DNA of 44,763 nucleotides from NCBI GenBank assembly GCA_944391235.1, contig CALXSV010000022.1, positions 1-44,763 on the forward strand. Direction: 5' to 3'. Positions 36,347 to 44,354 of this stretch are shown in pieces. A program made the position numbers and the translations under genes. The notes beneath the pieces were generated by a model that was not told the DNA's origin, did not search any database, and saw only the letters and a program-made list of their open reading frames with translations. Origin of the DNA: an uncultured Clostridia bacterium. Its GTDB lineage: Bacteria; Bacillota; Dehalobacteriia; UBA4068. The first letter of the stretch is position 1. Every line of letters begins with the position of its first letter.

Positions 36347-37060
36347 ATGAAAAAAATATATGTAGTTGCTGCCTTAATGTTGCTGGTGATTGGCCTTGCT
36401 GCTGTTTTACCCTTAAATGAGCCTACACAAGCAGCTTTGTCCCCTGCTTTATATGGCGTATCCATTGTGATTGACGCAGGCCATGGCGGAGCAGACCCCG
36501 GCAAGGTTGGGGGAGAGGCTGAGGAAAAGGACATCAATCTGGAGGTTGCGCGCAATTTGGCGGAATATTGTCGTGCTGGCGGCGCTTCTGTTACCTTGAC
36601 GCGCGAGGGAGATTCTGCATTGGCAGACAGCAAAAGCGAGGATATGAAGATGCGCGTTTCTGTGACGGAGGCTGCGGAGGCGGATATTTTTATCAGCCTG
36701 CATTGCAATAGCTATGTCAGCAGTGCCTCACAGCATGGTGCGCAGACTTTTTACCAGAGTGACAATGCGCAGGGGCAGCAGTTGGCTGAATATATTCAGG
36801 CCGCCCTAATCAGCGAGCTTGGCAATACCAGCCGCACTGCACTTACGCACCCAGATTCTTATTTATTGAAGAATCTTGAATGTGCGGCTGTAATTTGTGA
36901 GATGGGCTTTCTTTCCAATAGCGAGGAAGAGGCACTGTTACAGGATTCTGACTATCAGTGGCAGTTGGCCTGGTCCATTTACTGCGGTGTACTCGATTAT
37001 CTGGATAATTTGCACAGTGCTGGCACCCAGGAGGCTGCACCTACATCCGGAGAAAAATAA
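36347..37060 (+). CDS. cwlD: N-acetylmuramoyl-L-alanine amidase CwlD (germination-specific, Amidase_3)
   Basis: 'VIDAGHGGADPGKVG', 'DINLEVARNL' and 'DIFISLHCNS'. Confidence 0.85.
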   Translation: MKKIYVVAALMLLVIGLAAVLPLNEPTQAALSPALYGVSIVIDAGHGGADPGKVGGEAEEKDINLEVARNLAEYCRAGGASVTLTREGDSALADSKSEDMKMRVSVTEAAEADIFISLHCNSYVSSASQHGAQTFYQSDNAQGQQLAEYIQAALISELGNTSRTALTHPDSYLLKNLECAAVICEMGFLSNSEEEALLQDSDYQWQLAWSIYCGVLDYLDNLHSAGTQEAAPTSGEK

Positions 37061-37061
37061 A

Positions 37062-37082
37062 AACCCGCGTTTTCGGCGGGTT
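37062..37082. terminator. bidirectional terminator between cwlD and the aminotransferase gene
   Basis: AACCCGC-GTTTTCG-GCGGGTT hairpin preceded by AAAAA. Confidence 0.5.
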
Positions 37083-37111
37083 CGCTGTAGGGGTAGTGGT
37101 CAAAAACCTGC

Positions 37112-38194
37112 TTATGCTTTTATACTGATGCGGTGCTCCTGTAAAATGTTGCTCACCGCTTCTATCATCTGTACCATCTGTACGGTTGTTCCTATGGTAA
37201 TCCCTATGTAATCGCTTAATGGTGGGCTATCAAAATGGCGCACCAAAATACCTCTTTTCTTTAGGCCTGCATACAGTTGAGAACCGCCAAGCTGTGGATG
37301 GCGGCAAAAGATAAAGTTGGCTTTTGAGGGCGTAAGGATAAAGCCGCGTTGACGCATAAATTTAGCCGTCATTTCTCTGGTTGCGGCAATTTTAGCGCAG
37401 CGCGCCATATAGTAACTGTTATCATCCAAAGCGGCCTGCGCGGCCAGCAGCGAGAGGCGACTTAGGTTGTAGGGGTTAATGGATTTTCGCACCTTCTCTA
37501 AATCGGCAATCAATTCGGCAGAGCCAATTGCATACCCCACTCGTAGGCCAGCCTGAAAACGGGATTTTGATAATGTCCGTATCAGCAATAGGTTAGGGTA
37601 CTTTTGGATTAAATTCACGCAGGAGGGGCTGCCAAAGTAGATGTATGCTTCATCTATAACGACCACATTATTGGGGTTGGCATCCACAATTCTTTCTATC
37701 TGATCGATTCCTAAGGCTATTCCCGTTGGGGTGTTGGGATTCGCAATAAAAATATTGTTGTTTACCCAGTAAAATTTTTGAGGGTCCAGGCTGAGATCTT
37801 CTTGAACCGGGATAGGAAGGTAGGGCACGCCAAATAGTTCAGCCAGTATCTGATAAAAGTTATACCCCACATCTGGAAAAGCAACGCCGGTGTTATTGTC
37901 ACAGAAGGCGATAAAAGCAAAAGTTATAGCCTCATCTGCGCCATTACACAGCGAGATGTTTTCTGCCTGCACGCCGTCTATCTGTGCCAGTTTTTGTTTC
38001 AGTTCGTTGCCATCAAGGTCTGGATATAAATTTAACTTGCTGATTTCGGCAGCGGAGATAGCCTCCATCACTTTTGGGGAAGGAGGAAATGGAGACTCGT
38101 TTGTGTTTAGCTTAACGTACCTGTGATCTGTCGGCTGCTCACCGGGTACATAAGCGGCAATAGATTGTATTTTTGCACTAAGATATTTGCTCAT
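37112..38194 (-). CDS. hisC: histidinol-phosphate aminotransferase-like class II aminotransferase
   Basis: 'VKLNTNESPFPPSPKV' and PLP-lysine context 'RTLSKSRFQAGLRVGY'. Start set at ATG 38194 (SD GGAGGAG). No other his genes are nearby. Confidence 0.8.
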   Translation of the reverse strand: MSKYLSAKIQSIAAYVPGEQPTDHRYVKLNTNESPFPPSPKVMEAISAAEISKLNLYPDLDGNELKQKLAQIDGVQAENISLCNGADEAITFAFIAFCDNNTGVAFPDVGYNFYQILAELFGVPYLPIPVQEDLSLDPQKFYWVNNNIFIANPNTPTGIALGIDQIERIVDANPNNVVVIDEAYIYFGSPSCVNLIQKYPNLLLIRTLSKSRFQAGLRVGYAIGSAELIADLEKVRKSINPYNLSRLSLLAAQAALDDNSYYMARCAKIAATREMTAKFMRQRGFILTPSKANFIFCRHPQLGGSQLYAGLKKRGILVRHFDSPPLSDYIGITIGTTVQMVQMIEAVSNILQEHRISIKA

Positions 38195-38422
38195 AATAAA
38201 GCCTTGTTCTCCTCCGGTGATAAAACCCTTCATAGTAAAGCAAAATCGTATGGTATCTATAGAAAAATTATATATAAAAATTATATATTATATATGGAAT
38301 ATGGGTCAAGCCTAAGCAATGGGAATTTTATTATTTCCTTTCTTTGTGCGAAGGCTTTTTATTTTTTCTAAAATGATGTAGAATGGTACTGATATGAGTA
38401 AGTGAATATCGGAGGAACGACA

Positions 38423-39508
38423 ATGTCTTATCCCTTATTGGAAATTTATCCGCAGCGTATTATGGAGAATGCCCGTATCCTACGTCAGGAATGTCTGAAA
38501 CGGGGAATTGAGCCTGTAGCGGTAATTAAGGGGTTTGCCGCCCGCCCGGAAATTGTAGCTGCTTTTGTAAAGGTTGGCTATACTACGCTGGCCAGTGCGC
38601 GGTTACCCCAGTTGGCGGCAGCCAAAGAGGCCTATCCACAGCTGCGTACCATGGCGCTGCGTATAAGTATGCCCAGCGAAGTAAAGCAAATGGTGCAGTT
38701 TGCCGATATCAGCTTGGAATCCGAGCGCTATACCCTGGATCTTCTGGATCAGGAATCCTTATTACAGAATAAGACACATGATGTGATTCTCATGCGCGAC
38801 CTGGGGGATTTGCGCGAAGGCATCTTTGATGCAGAGTCCTTTTATGCGTTGGCCGAATATGTGGAGCAGTGCCAGGGCCTGCACCTGCTGGGCATTGGAG
38901 TGAATCTTACCTGCTATGGCTCAATTATCCCAGATGAGAGAAATTTGGGACAGTTGGCTGCGGATGCCAGAGAAATAGAGCGCCGGCTGGGACGCAGGTT
39001 ACAGGTTGTATCCGGCGGCAGTACCTCGTCTCTGCCACTGTTGTTACAGGATAAAATGCCTGCTGGTATTACACAGCTGCGGTTGGGGGAGGCGTTGGTT
39101 GTTCCCTGCGATTTAATCGAGTACTGGGGCTGTCCTTTGCCGGGCCTGCGCAATGACGGTCTGATTTTGCGGGCTGAAATCGTAGAGTTGAACTGCAAGC
39201 CGACCATGCCGCAGGGAAGGCTTAGTGTCAATGCCTTTGGCTGTGAAGGCCAATATGTGGACCGTGGTATACGCCGCCGTGCTTTACTCGCCATTGGTGT
39301 TTTGGACGTGGGGGATGAAAGTAAGCTGATTCCCCGGGAGCCTGGCGTACATATTCTGGGCGCTAGCAGCGACCATCTGATTGTCGATATTGAGGACTGC
39401 CCCTTGGACTTGCAGCTTGGCGGCACGCTTTCTTTTGAATTGCATTATAAAGCCATGCTTTTTTCCTGCTCCAGTCCAATGATAGCTAAGACTGTGCTTG
39501 CCGAATAG
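38423..39508 (+). CDS. alanine/ornithine racemase family PLP-dependent enzyme (YhfX/Orr-like)
   Basis: Start at ATG 38423 (SD GGAGG, 7 nt). 'VAVIKGF' lysine context, and the length and pattern fit the predicted amino-acid racemase family. Confidence 0.7.
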   Translation: MSYPLLEIYPQRIMENARILRQECLKRGIEPVAVIKGFAARPEIVAAFVKVGYTTLASARLPQLAAAKEAYPQLRTMALRISMPSEVKQMVQFADISLESERYTLDLLDQESLLQNKTHDVILMRDLGDLREGIFDAESFYALAEYVEQCQGLHLLGIGVNLTCYGSIIPDERNLGQLAADAREIERRLGRRLQVVSGGSTSSLPLLLQDKMPAGITQLRLGEALVVPCDLIEYWGCPLPGLRNDGLILRAEIVELNCKPTMPQGRLSVNAFGCEGQYVDRGIRRRALLAIGVLDVGDESKLIPREPGVHILGASSDHLIVDIEDCPLDLQLGGTLSFELHYKAMLFSCSSPMIAKTVLAE

Positions 39509-39541
39509 AATTTTTGCGAGTACCAGAAAGGGGAGATCGTG

Positions 39542-39916
39542 ATGGGCGTACGTGCTTACTTTTTGTTGTTTGACGGTATTATGGCAGCTTTGTGTCTGTT
39601 TATGGGCTACCGCTTTTATAAATCACAGGGGCGTGCCAGTAGGTATATTGCCGGTTACAATACCAAGACTGAAAAGGAGCGGCAGCTTTATGATGAGGCT
39701 GCTCTGTGTCGTTGCTATGGCAGAAGAATAATGCTATGGTCAACATGCTTTGTTGTTGGTTTTATTATTGATAGTATAATTTTGGGCGTTGGCATATGGG
39801 TAGAGACGCTTTTGTTTGTAGTGGCTCTGCTGTATCATATTTTTGATATGCATAAGCATGCGGAAGCTAGGGTGAAAAAACAGGATGTATCAGTGGGGGA
39901 TAACGTGGGGCTATGA
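39542..39916 (+). CDS. small membrane protein, DUF3784-like
   Basis: 'IAGYNTKTEKERQLYDEAAL' sits between TM helices, as I recall for DUF3784. ATG 39542 is preferred over GTG 39539 on SD spacing. Confidence 0.55.
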   Translation: MGVRAYFLLFDGIMAALCLFMGYRFYKSQGRASRYIAGYNTKTEKERQLYDEAALCRCYGRRIMLWSTCFVVGFIIDSIILGVGIWVETLLFVVALLYHIFDMHKHAEARVKKQDVSVGDNVGL

Positions 39917-40557
39917 AGAAATTTTTCAAATACTTATTGGTGGGGCTGATCTTTTGCATCATTGTCATGCTGGTCGTGGTGCTGGATTATTACAGTTTGC
40001 TTCCGCAAAAGAGCTATAGCAATGCGGATTTTAATATTGAAACATATATCAGTCAAAACGACCAGGATCAGGATGGCATAGATGACCAGACGGATATATT
40101 GCAAAGCGCCAGATCGTATATAGCAAGCAATCCGCAGTATAAAAGCAAGTATTATGAAACAGGATACCCTAATGACGAATATGGTGTTTGTACGGACGTT
40201 ATTGCCTTTGCGCTTTTGGGCGCGGGTTATGACTTAATGGAGCTGGTGAATGATGATGTGCTGGCCAATCGGGATGCCTATGATATTGAGGTGGTGGATA
40301 AAAATATAGATTTTCGGCGCGTGCCTAATTTAAAGGTGTATTTTGACCGTCATGCCATAGCGCTTAGCACGGATATCTATGCGATAGATCAGTGGCAGGG
40401 CGGAGATATAGTGATTTTTCCCGGACACATTGCCATTGTCTCAGATAAACGCAATAAGCAGGGTGTTTCTTTCATCATTCACAACGGCGGCCGGCCGGTA
40501 TATGAAGAAGATGTGTTGGATAGATATGAAATATTGGGACATTACCGACTTAATTAA
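39913..40557 (+). CDS. DUF1287 domain-containing protein with N-terminal membrane anchor
   Basis: 'GVCTDVIAFALLGAGYDL' and 'GDIVIFPGHIAIVSD' resemble DUF1287. 4-nt overlap (ATGA) with the upstream gene. Confidence 0.65.
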   Translation: MKKFFKYLLVGLIFCIIVMLVVVLDYYSLLPQKSYSNADFNIETYISQNDQDQDGIDDQTDILQSARSYIASNPQYKSKYYETGYPNDEYGVCTDVIAFALLGAGYDLMELVNDDVLANRDAYDIEVVDKNIDFRRVPNLKVYFDRHAIALSTDIYAIDQWQGGDIVIFPGHIAIVSDKRNKQGVSFIIHNGGRPVYEEDVLDRYEILGHYRLN

Positions 40558-40585
40558 GGCTATGTATCTTTGCCGCTAAAATGGC

Positions 40586-40614
40586 TTGACAAAACATGCA
40601 GAAGGCTGTATTTT
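40586..40614 (+). promoter_or_regulatory. possible sigma-A promoter of the DUF554 gene
   Basis: TTGACA (40586-40591), 17-nt spacer, TATTTT (40609-40614). Confidence 0.35.
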
Positions 40615-40651
40615 TATTATTGCCTTTGCTTGTCGCAAAGGCAATAATAAA
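40613..40651 (+). promoter_or_regulatory. perfect 16-17 bp palindrome/hairpin covering the SD and the A of the start codon of the DUF554 gene
   Basis: TTATTATTGCCTTTGC (40614-40629), loop TTGTC, GCAAAGGCAATAATAA (40635-40650). T40613 can also pair with A40651. No T-run follows. Confidence 0.6.
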
Positions 40652-41394
40652 TGATTGGCGGAAATGCAGGAATGATAGGTAGTGGTACGATTGTAAATGC
40701 TCTGGCTGTTGTTGTCGGCGGTGGTATAGGGTTACTGGCGAAAGGCAGGCTGCATGCCCGGGTTCAGGATTCGCTAATGAAGGTGATGGGCGTAGCGGTT
40801 CTTTTTGTCGGCTCAGCTGGTGCGCTTAGCGGACTGCTTTATATAGGCGAAAATGGGCAACTGCAAACCAGTGGATCGCTGTTGATGATTGTCTCTTTGG
40901 CGATTGGCATGGCGCTGGGCGAATGGTGGCGAATCGAAGACGGTATGGAGAGACTGGGAGAGCGGTTGAAGGGATTGTTCAAGATTAGGACGGATAGCCG
41001 TTTTGTCGAAGGTTTTGTCACCAATGCGTTGGTAATTTGCATTGGCGCTATGGCTGTGGTTGGCTCTTTGCAGGACGGTTTGGAGCAGAATCCTTCCATG
41101 CTATATACCAAGGCGCTAATGGATGCGATTCTCTCCATGGTTTTTGCCGCCTCCTTGGGTGTTGGCGTATTATTCGCCGCCATTCCGCTGTTTCTATATC
41201 AGGGGAGCATTACCTTGCTATCGAGTCTGGTTGCACCCTACTTTAACGACAGCGTAATTCACAGTCTTTCCTATGTGGGTTCTGTGCTGATTGCCTGCAC
41301 TGGCATTAATCTGCTGTTTGGCAAACCCATTCGCGTAGGCAATATGTTGCCCGCCTTGCTGATTGTGTTGCTTTATGGCCTTATTGTGTATTAA
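40651..41394 (+). CDS. DUF554 family membrane protein (YdfK-like)
   Basis: 'GTIVNALAVVVGGGIGLL' N-terminus and a polytopic profile. The start is uncertain (ATG 40651 or 40672). Confidence 0.75.
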   Translation: MIGGNAGMIGSGTIVNALAVVVGGGIGLLAKGRLHARVQDSLMKVMGVAVLFVGSAGALSGLLYIGENGQLQTSGSLLMIVSLAIGMALGEWWRIEDGMERLGERLKGLFKIRTDSRFVEGFVTNALVICIGAMAVVGSLQDGLEQNPSMLYTKALMDAILSMVFAASLGVGVLFAAIPLFLYQGSITLLSSLVAPYFNDSVIHSLSYVGSVLIACTGINLLFGKPIRVGNMLPALLIVLLYGLIVY

Positions 41395-41418
41395 GGATAC
41401 GTTTTGGTGCATAGATTG

Positions 41419-41452
41419 AAAACAGGCCTCTGTTGCTAGGGGCCTGTTTTGA
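41419..41452 (+). terminator. rho-independent terminator of the DUF554 gene
   Basis: AAAACAGGCC ... GGCCTGTTTT hairpin with a T-run. Confidence 0.7.
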
Positions 41453-41532
41453 TTTGAACATGTATTCATCTGAATAAACTTTCATTTGTGCAGATACTTG
41501 CAAGCCGCTGCTTCTGTGTTAGAATAGGAAAT

Positions 41533-42588
41533 ATGAAAAAATACACTTTATTGATTACACTGCTTGTTATACTCTGTCTCGCCCTGCTTAGCGGTTGTGT
41601 GGAATCAACCGTGCAGCAAAATGGCGAGGAGGATGAAAATGGGCTGAAAATCGTTGCAACGATTTTTCCGCCTTATGATTTTGTACGCGAAATCGCATCT
41701 ACCTGTCTGGAAAGTGGGCAGGTAGATTTGCGTATGCTGATTCCTCCGGGCGCAGAAATCCATTTTTACGAGCCCACACCAGCGGATATCATTGCCATTG
41801 CCGAGTGCGATATCTTCATCTGCATTGGCGGCGAGTCAGATTCCTGGGTGGATGACGTTTTGGCTTCACTGGATACAAGTCATATGCAAATTGTGCGTTT
41901 GATTGATATGGTTGATTTGATTGAGGAAGAAATTGTTGAGGGAATGGAAGTGCATACGCATACGCATGCGGACGGTACAATCTGTACCTATGATCATAGT
42001 GGTGAAGAGGAGAGCCATGTGCATGAAGATGAATCTGACTATGTGCAAGCGGCACATACGGAATACGATGAGCACGTATGGACATCCCCGCAAAATGTTA
42101 TGGTCATTGTCCAGCAGCTGTGTGATATCCTTTGTACGGCTGATGCGGCGCATGCGACTATATATGAGGAAAATACAGCCGCTTATTTGGAAGAGCTGGC
42201 CAAGTTGGATGCGGCCTTTCTTGATACAGTTGCCCAAGCCAAACATCACCTGTTGATATTTGGTGACCGTTTTCCTTTTCTCTATTTTGCGCGTACTTAT
42301 GGACTGGATTATTACGCTGCCTTTCCTGGTTGCGCCTCACAGACGGAGCCTTCAGCTGCAACAATCGCTTTCCTGATTGATAAGGTCAAGGAAATGGACA
42401 TTGGCCTGGTTTTTCAAAATGAGCTGTCTGCCGGGAATGAGGCGCGTTTAATTGCCGAGGCAACCGGTGCGCAGGTGCGTACCTTTTACGCCTGTCATAA
42501 CCTAAGCCGGGATGATTTTGAGGCAGGCGAAAACTATCTCTCTCTTATGTGGAAAAATGTCAGCAGCCTGAAGGAGGCTTTGAATTAG
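41533..42588 (+). CDS. znuA: metal (zinc-type) ABC transporter substrate-binding lipoprotein with His/Asp/Glu-rich loop
   Basis: Lipobox 'LLSGC'. 'VATIFPPYDF' and 'DEHVWTSP' are typical of cluster A-I binding proteins. The His-rich insert is 'HTHTHADGTICTYDHSGEEESHVHEDESD'. Start set at ATG 41533. Confidence 0.8.
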   Translation: MKKYTLLITLLVILCLALLSGCVESTVQQNGEEDENGLKIVATIFPPYDFVREIASTCLESGQVDLRMLIPPGAEIHFYEPTPADIIAIAECDIFICIGGESDSWVDDVLASLDTSHMQIVRLIDMVDLIEEEIVEGMEVHTHTHADGTICTYDHSGEEESHVHEDESDYVQAAHTEYDEHVWTSPQNVMVIVQQLCDILCTADAAHATIYEENTAAYLEELAKLDAAFLDTVAQAKHHLLIFGDRFPFLYFARTYGLDYYAAFPGCASQTEPSAATIAFLIDKVKEMDIGLVFQNELSAGNEARLIAEATGAQVRTFYACHNLSRDDFEAGENYLSLMWKNVSSLKEALN

Positions 42589-43293
42589 ATGGCTTTAATC
42601 ACTTGTAAAAATTTGTCCTTTGCCTATGATGGACGGGTAGTTGTGGACAACATCAGCTTTGGGGTTGAGCCAGGTGATTATCTTTGTGTTGTAGGTGCCA
42701 ATGGCTCTGGTAAAAGTACGCTTATTAAGGGTTTGCTGGGCTTGATTAAGCCGCAATCCGGCAGCATCCAACTGGGTGAGGATTTGCAGCAAAATGAAAT
42801 TGGCTATCTGCCGCAGCAGACCACTGTACAGCGCGATTTTCCCGCCAGCGTGCAGGAGGTTGTTTTGTCCGGTGGCTTGAATCATGGTTGGACGCCCTTT
42901 TATACCCGCCGCCAGAAAAACATGGCGGCCGCCAATATGATGTGCATGGGTATTTATGATTTGCGGCACAAAAGTTATCGCGAGCTTTCTGGCGGACAGC
43001 AGCAACGCGTATTACTGGCTCGCGCGCTGACTGCCACACGCAAGCTTTTGCTGATGGATGAGCCGGTAACCGGTCTGGACCCTTTGGCTACGCAGGACTT
43101 ATATGAACTGGTAAGGCATCTGAATCAGGACGGCGTAACCATTATAATGGTTACGCATGATATTGAAAATGCGGTGCAGGAGGGAAAGCATATCCTGCAT
43201 CTGGCTGGCCGGGAGCTTTATTATGGTCCGGCGAACGGGTATTTGCAAACATCGGCTGCGCAAAGCCTGTTGGGAGGTGCTCATCATGTTTGA
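42589..43293 (+). CDS. znuC: metal ABC transporter ATP-binding protein
   Basis: Walker A 'GANGSGKST', 'LSGGQQQRVLLARAL', 'LLLMDEPVTGLD'. Confidence 0.9.
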   Translation: MALITCKNLSFAYDGRVVVDNISFGVEPGDYLCVVGANGSGKSTLIKGLLGLIKPQSGSIQLGEDLQQNEIGYLPQQTTVQRDFPASVQEVVLSGGLNHGWTPFYTRRQKNMAAANMMCMGIYDLRHKSYRELSGGQQQRVLLARALTATRKLLLMDEPVTGLDPLATQDLYELVRHLNQDGVTIIMVTHDIENAVQEGKHILHLAGRELYYGPANGYLQTSAAQSLLGGAHHV

Positions 43294-44104
43294 AACGCTT
43301 GCTCATATGTTTTCTTATCCTTTTATGGTGCGCGCCCTGCTGGTAGGTTGCTGCATAGCCCTGTGTTCCGCCTTGCTGGGCGTCAGTCTGGTGCTAAAGC
43401 GTTTCTCTATGATTGGCGATAGCCTGTCCCATGTTGGCTTTGGCGCTTTGGCCGTAGCTACTGCTTTGAATTGGGCGCCCATGCAGCTATGTCTGCCCGT
43501 GGTTACGCTTGCCGCCTTCCTGCTTCTGCGTATTACGGAAAGTGGCCGTATCAAGGGTGATTCTGCCCTCGCCCTGATTTCCACTAGCTCCCTGGCCATT
43601 GGTGTAATTGCGGTTTCCATTACTACCGGCCTAAATACCGACATCAATAATTATCTATTTGGCAGTATCCTAGCCATGAGCGCGCAGGATGCGCATTGGG
43701 CGGTGCTTTTATGCATTGTGGTACTGGCTCTGTTTATTCTTTTTTATCACAATATTTTTACGGTAACCTTTGATGAAACCTTTGCCCGTGCTACGGGCAT
43801 ACGAGCTGGCATTTATAACATGCTGATTGCTCTATTAACTGCGCTGACCATTGTGCTGGGCATGCGTATGATGGGGGCTTTGCTCATCTCCGCACTAATT
43901 ATTTTTCCTGCACTTACCTCTATGCGGGTATGCAAAAGCTTTTTTTCTGTGGTGCTATGCACAGCAGCAGTGGCAATTTTTAGCCTCCTGTGCGGCCTAA
44001 TCTGTTCGTATGTCTGGTCTACGCCGGCCGGTGCGTCTGTGGTAGCGGTTAATTTGCTGATGTTTGGTCTTTTCAGCCTGTTGGGCAAGCTGCTACGCCG
44101 CTAA
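43286..44104 (+). CDS. znuB: metal ABC transporter permease
   Basis: Start set at ATG 43286 (SD GGGAGG), overlapping the ATPase stop by 8 nt. Polytopic protein with 'MIGDSLSH' typical of the ABC-3 family. Confidence 0.9.
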   Translation: MFETLAHMFSYPFMVRALLVGCCIALCSALLGVSLVLKRFSMIGDSLSHVGFGALAVATALNWAPMQLCLPVVTLAAFLLLRITESGRIKGDSALALISTSSLAIGVIAVSITTGLNTDINNYLFGSILAMSAQDAHWAVLLCIVVLALFILFYHNIFTVTFDETFARATGIRAGIYNMLIALLTALTIVLGMRMMGALLISALIIFPALTSMRVCKSFFSVVLCTAAVAIFSLLCGLICSYVWSTPAGASVVAVNLLMFGLFSLLGKLLRR

Positions 44105-44187
44105 CGCAGCCCCTGATATAGGTAGTGGATAAGAAAAGGACGTCCCTACTAGGTGCGTCCCATAAAGAAGTAAAAAGTTTTTGGGTA

Positions 44188-44217
44188 GGAACCGGCGTGT
44201 TAAATCATGCCGGTTCC
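44188..44217. terminator. bidirectional terminator between the znu operon and the YhgE/Pip gene
   Basis: GGAACCGGC / GCCGGTTCC 9-bp stem. Confidence 0.5.
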
Positions 44218-44354
44218 GATTCGTTAATGGACCCCTTCTAATCTTCAGTGGTACTCTTGTCTGGCTGCTGGTTCATTTTTCCCTGCGAAAATTTCATATT
44301 CTTTGACCGTTAGCGGAATCACCTGTCCCTGCATTTTAATGATGAAAAATGCAA

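Noticed and set aside
36280-36708. 142-aa minus-strand ORF overlapping the cwlD 5' half
   Set aside because: It is antisense to cwlD, which has canonical Amidase_3 motifs. No RBS is present.
38914-39426. 170-aa minus-strand ORF
   Set aside because: It is antisense to the racemase-fold gene and has a Pro/Ser/Arg-rich composition typical of an antisense frame in GC-richer genes.
41455-41532. Zur/AdcR operator and promoter upstream of the zinc-type ABC operon
   Set aside because: Only an 8/10 palindrome (ATGTATTCAT) is present. A TTGCAA-N16-TAGAAT pair ends only 7 nt before the ATG, which would imply a leaderless transcript. This is too weak to call.
44245-44334. 29-codon minus-strand ORF (MQGQVIPLTVKEYEIFAGKNEPAARQEYH) whose 'LTVKEYEIF' resembles the start of an OmpR-type winged-helix domain
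   Set aside because: It is too short, has no RBS, and lies between a stop codon and a terminator. At best it is a relic of a response-regulator gene.
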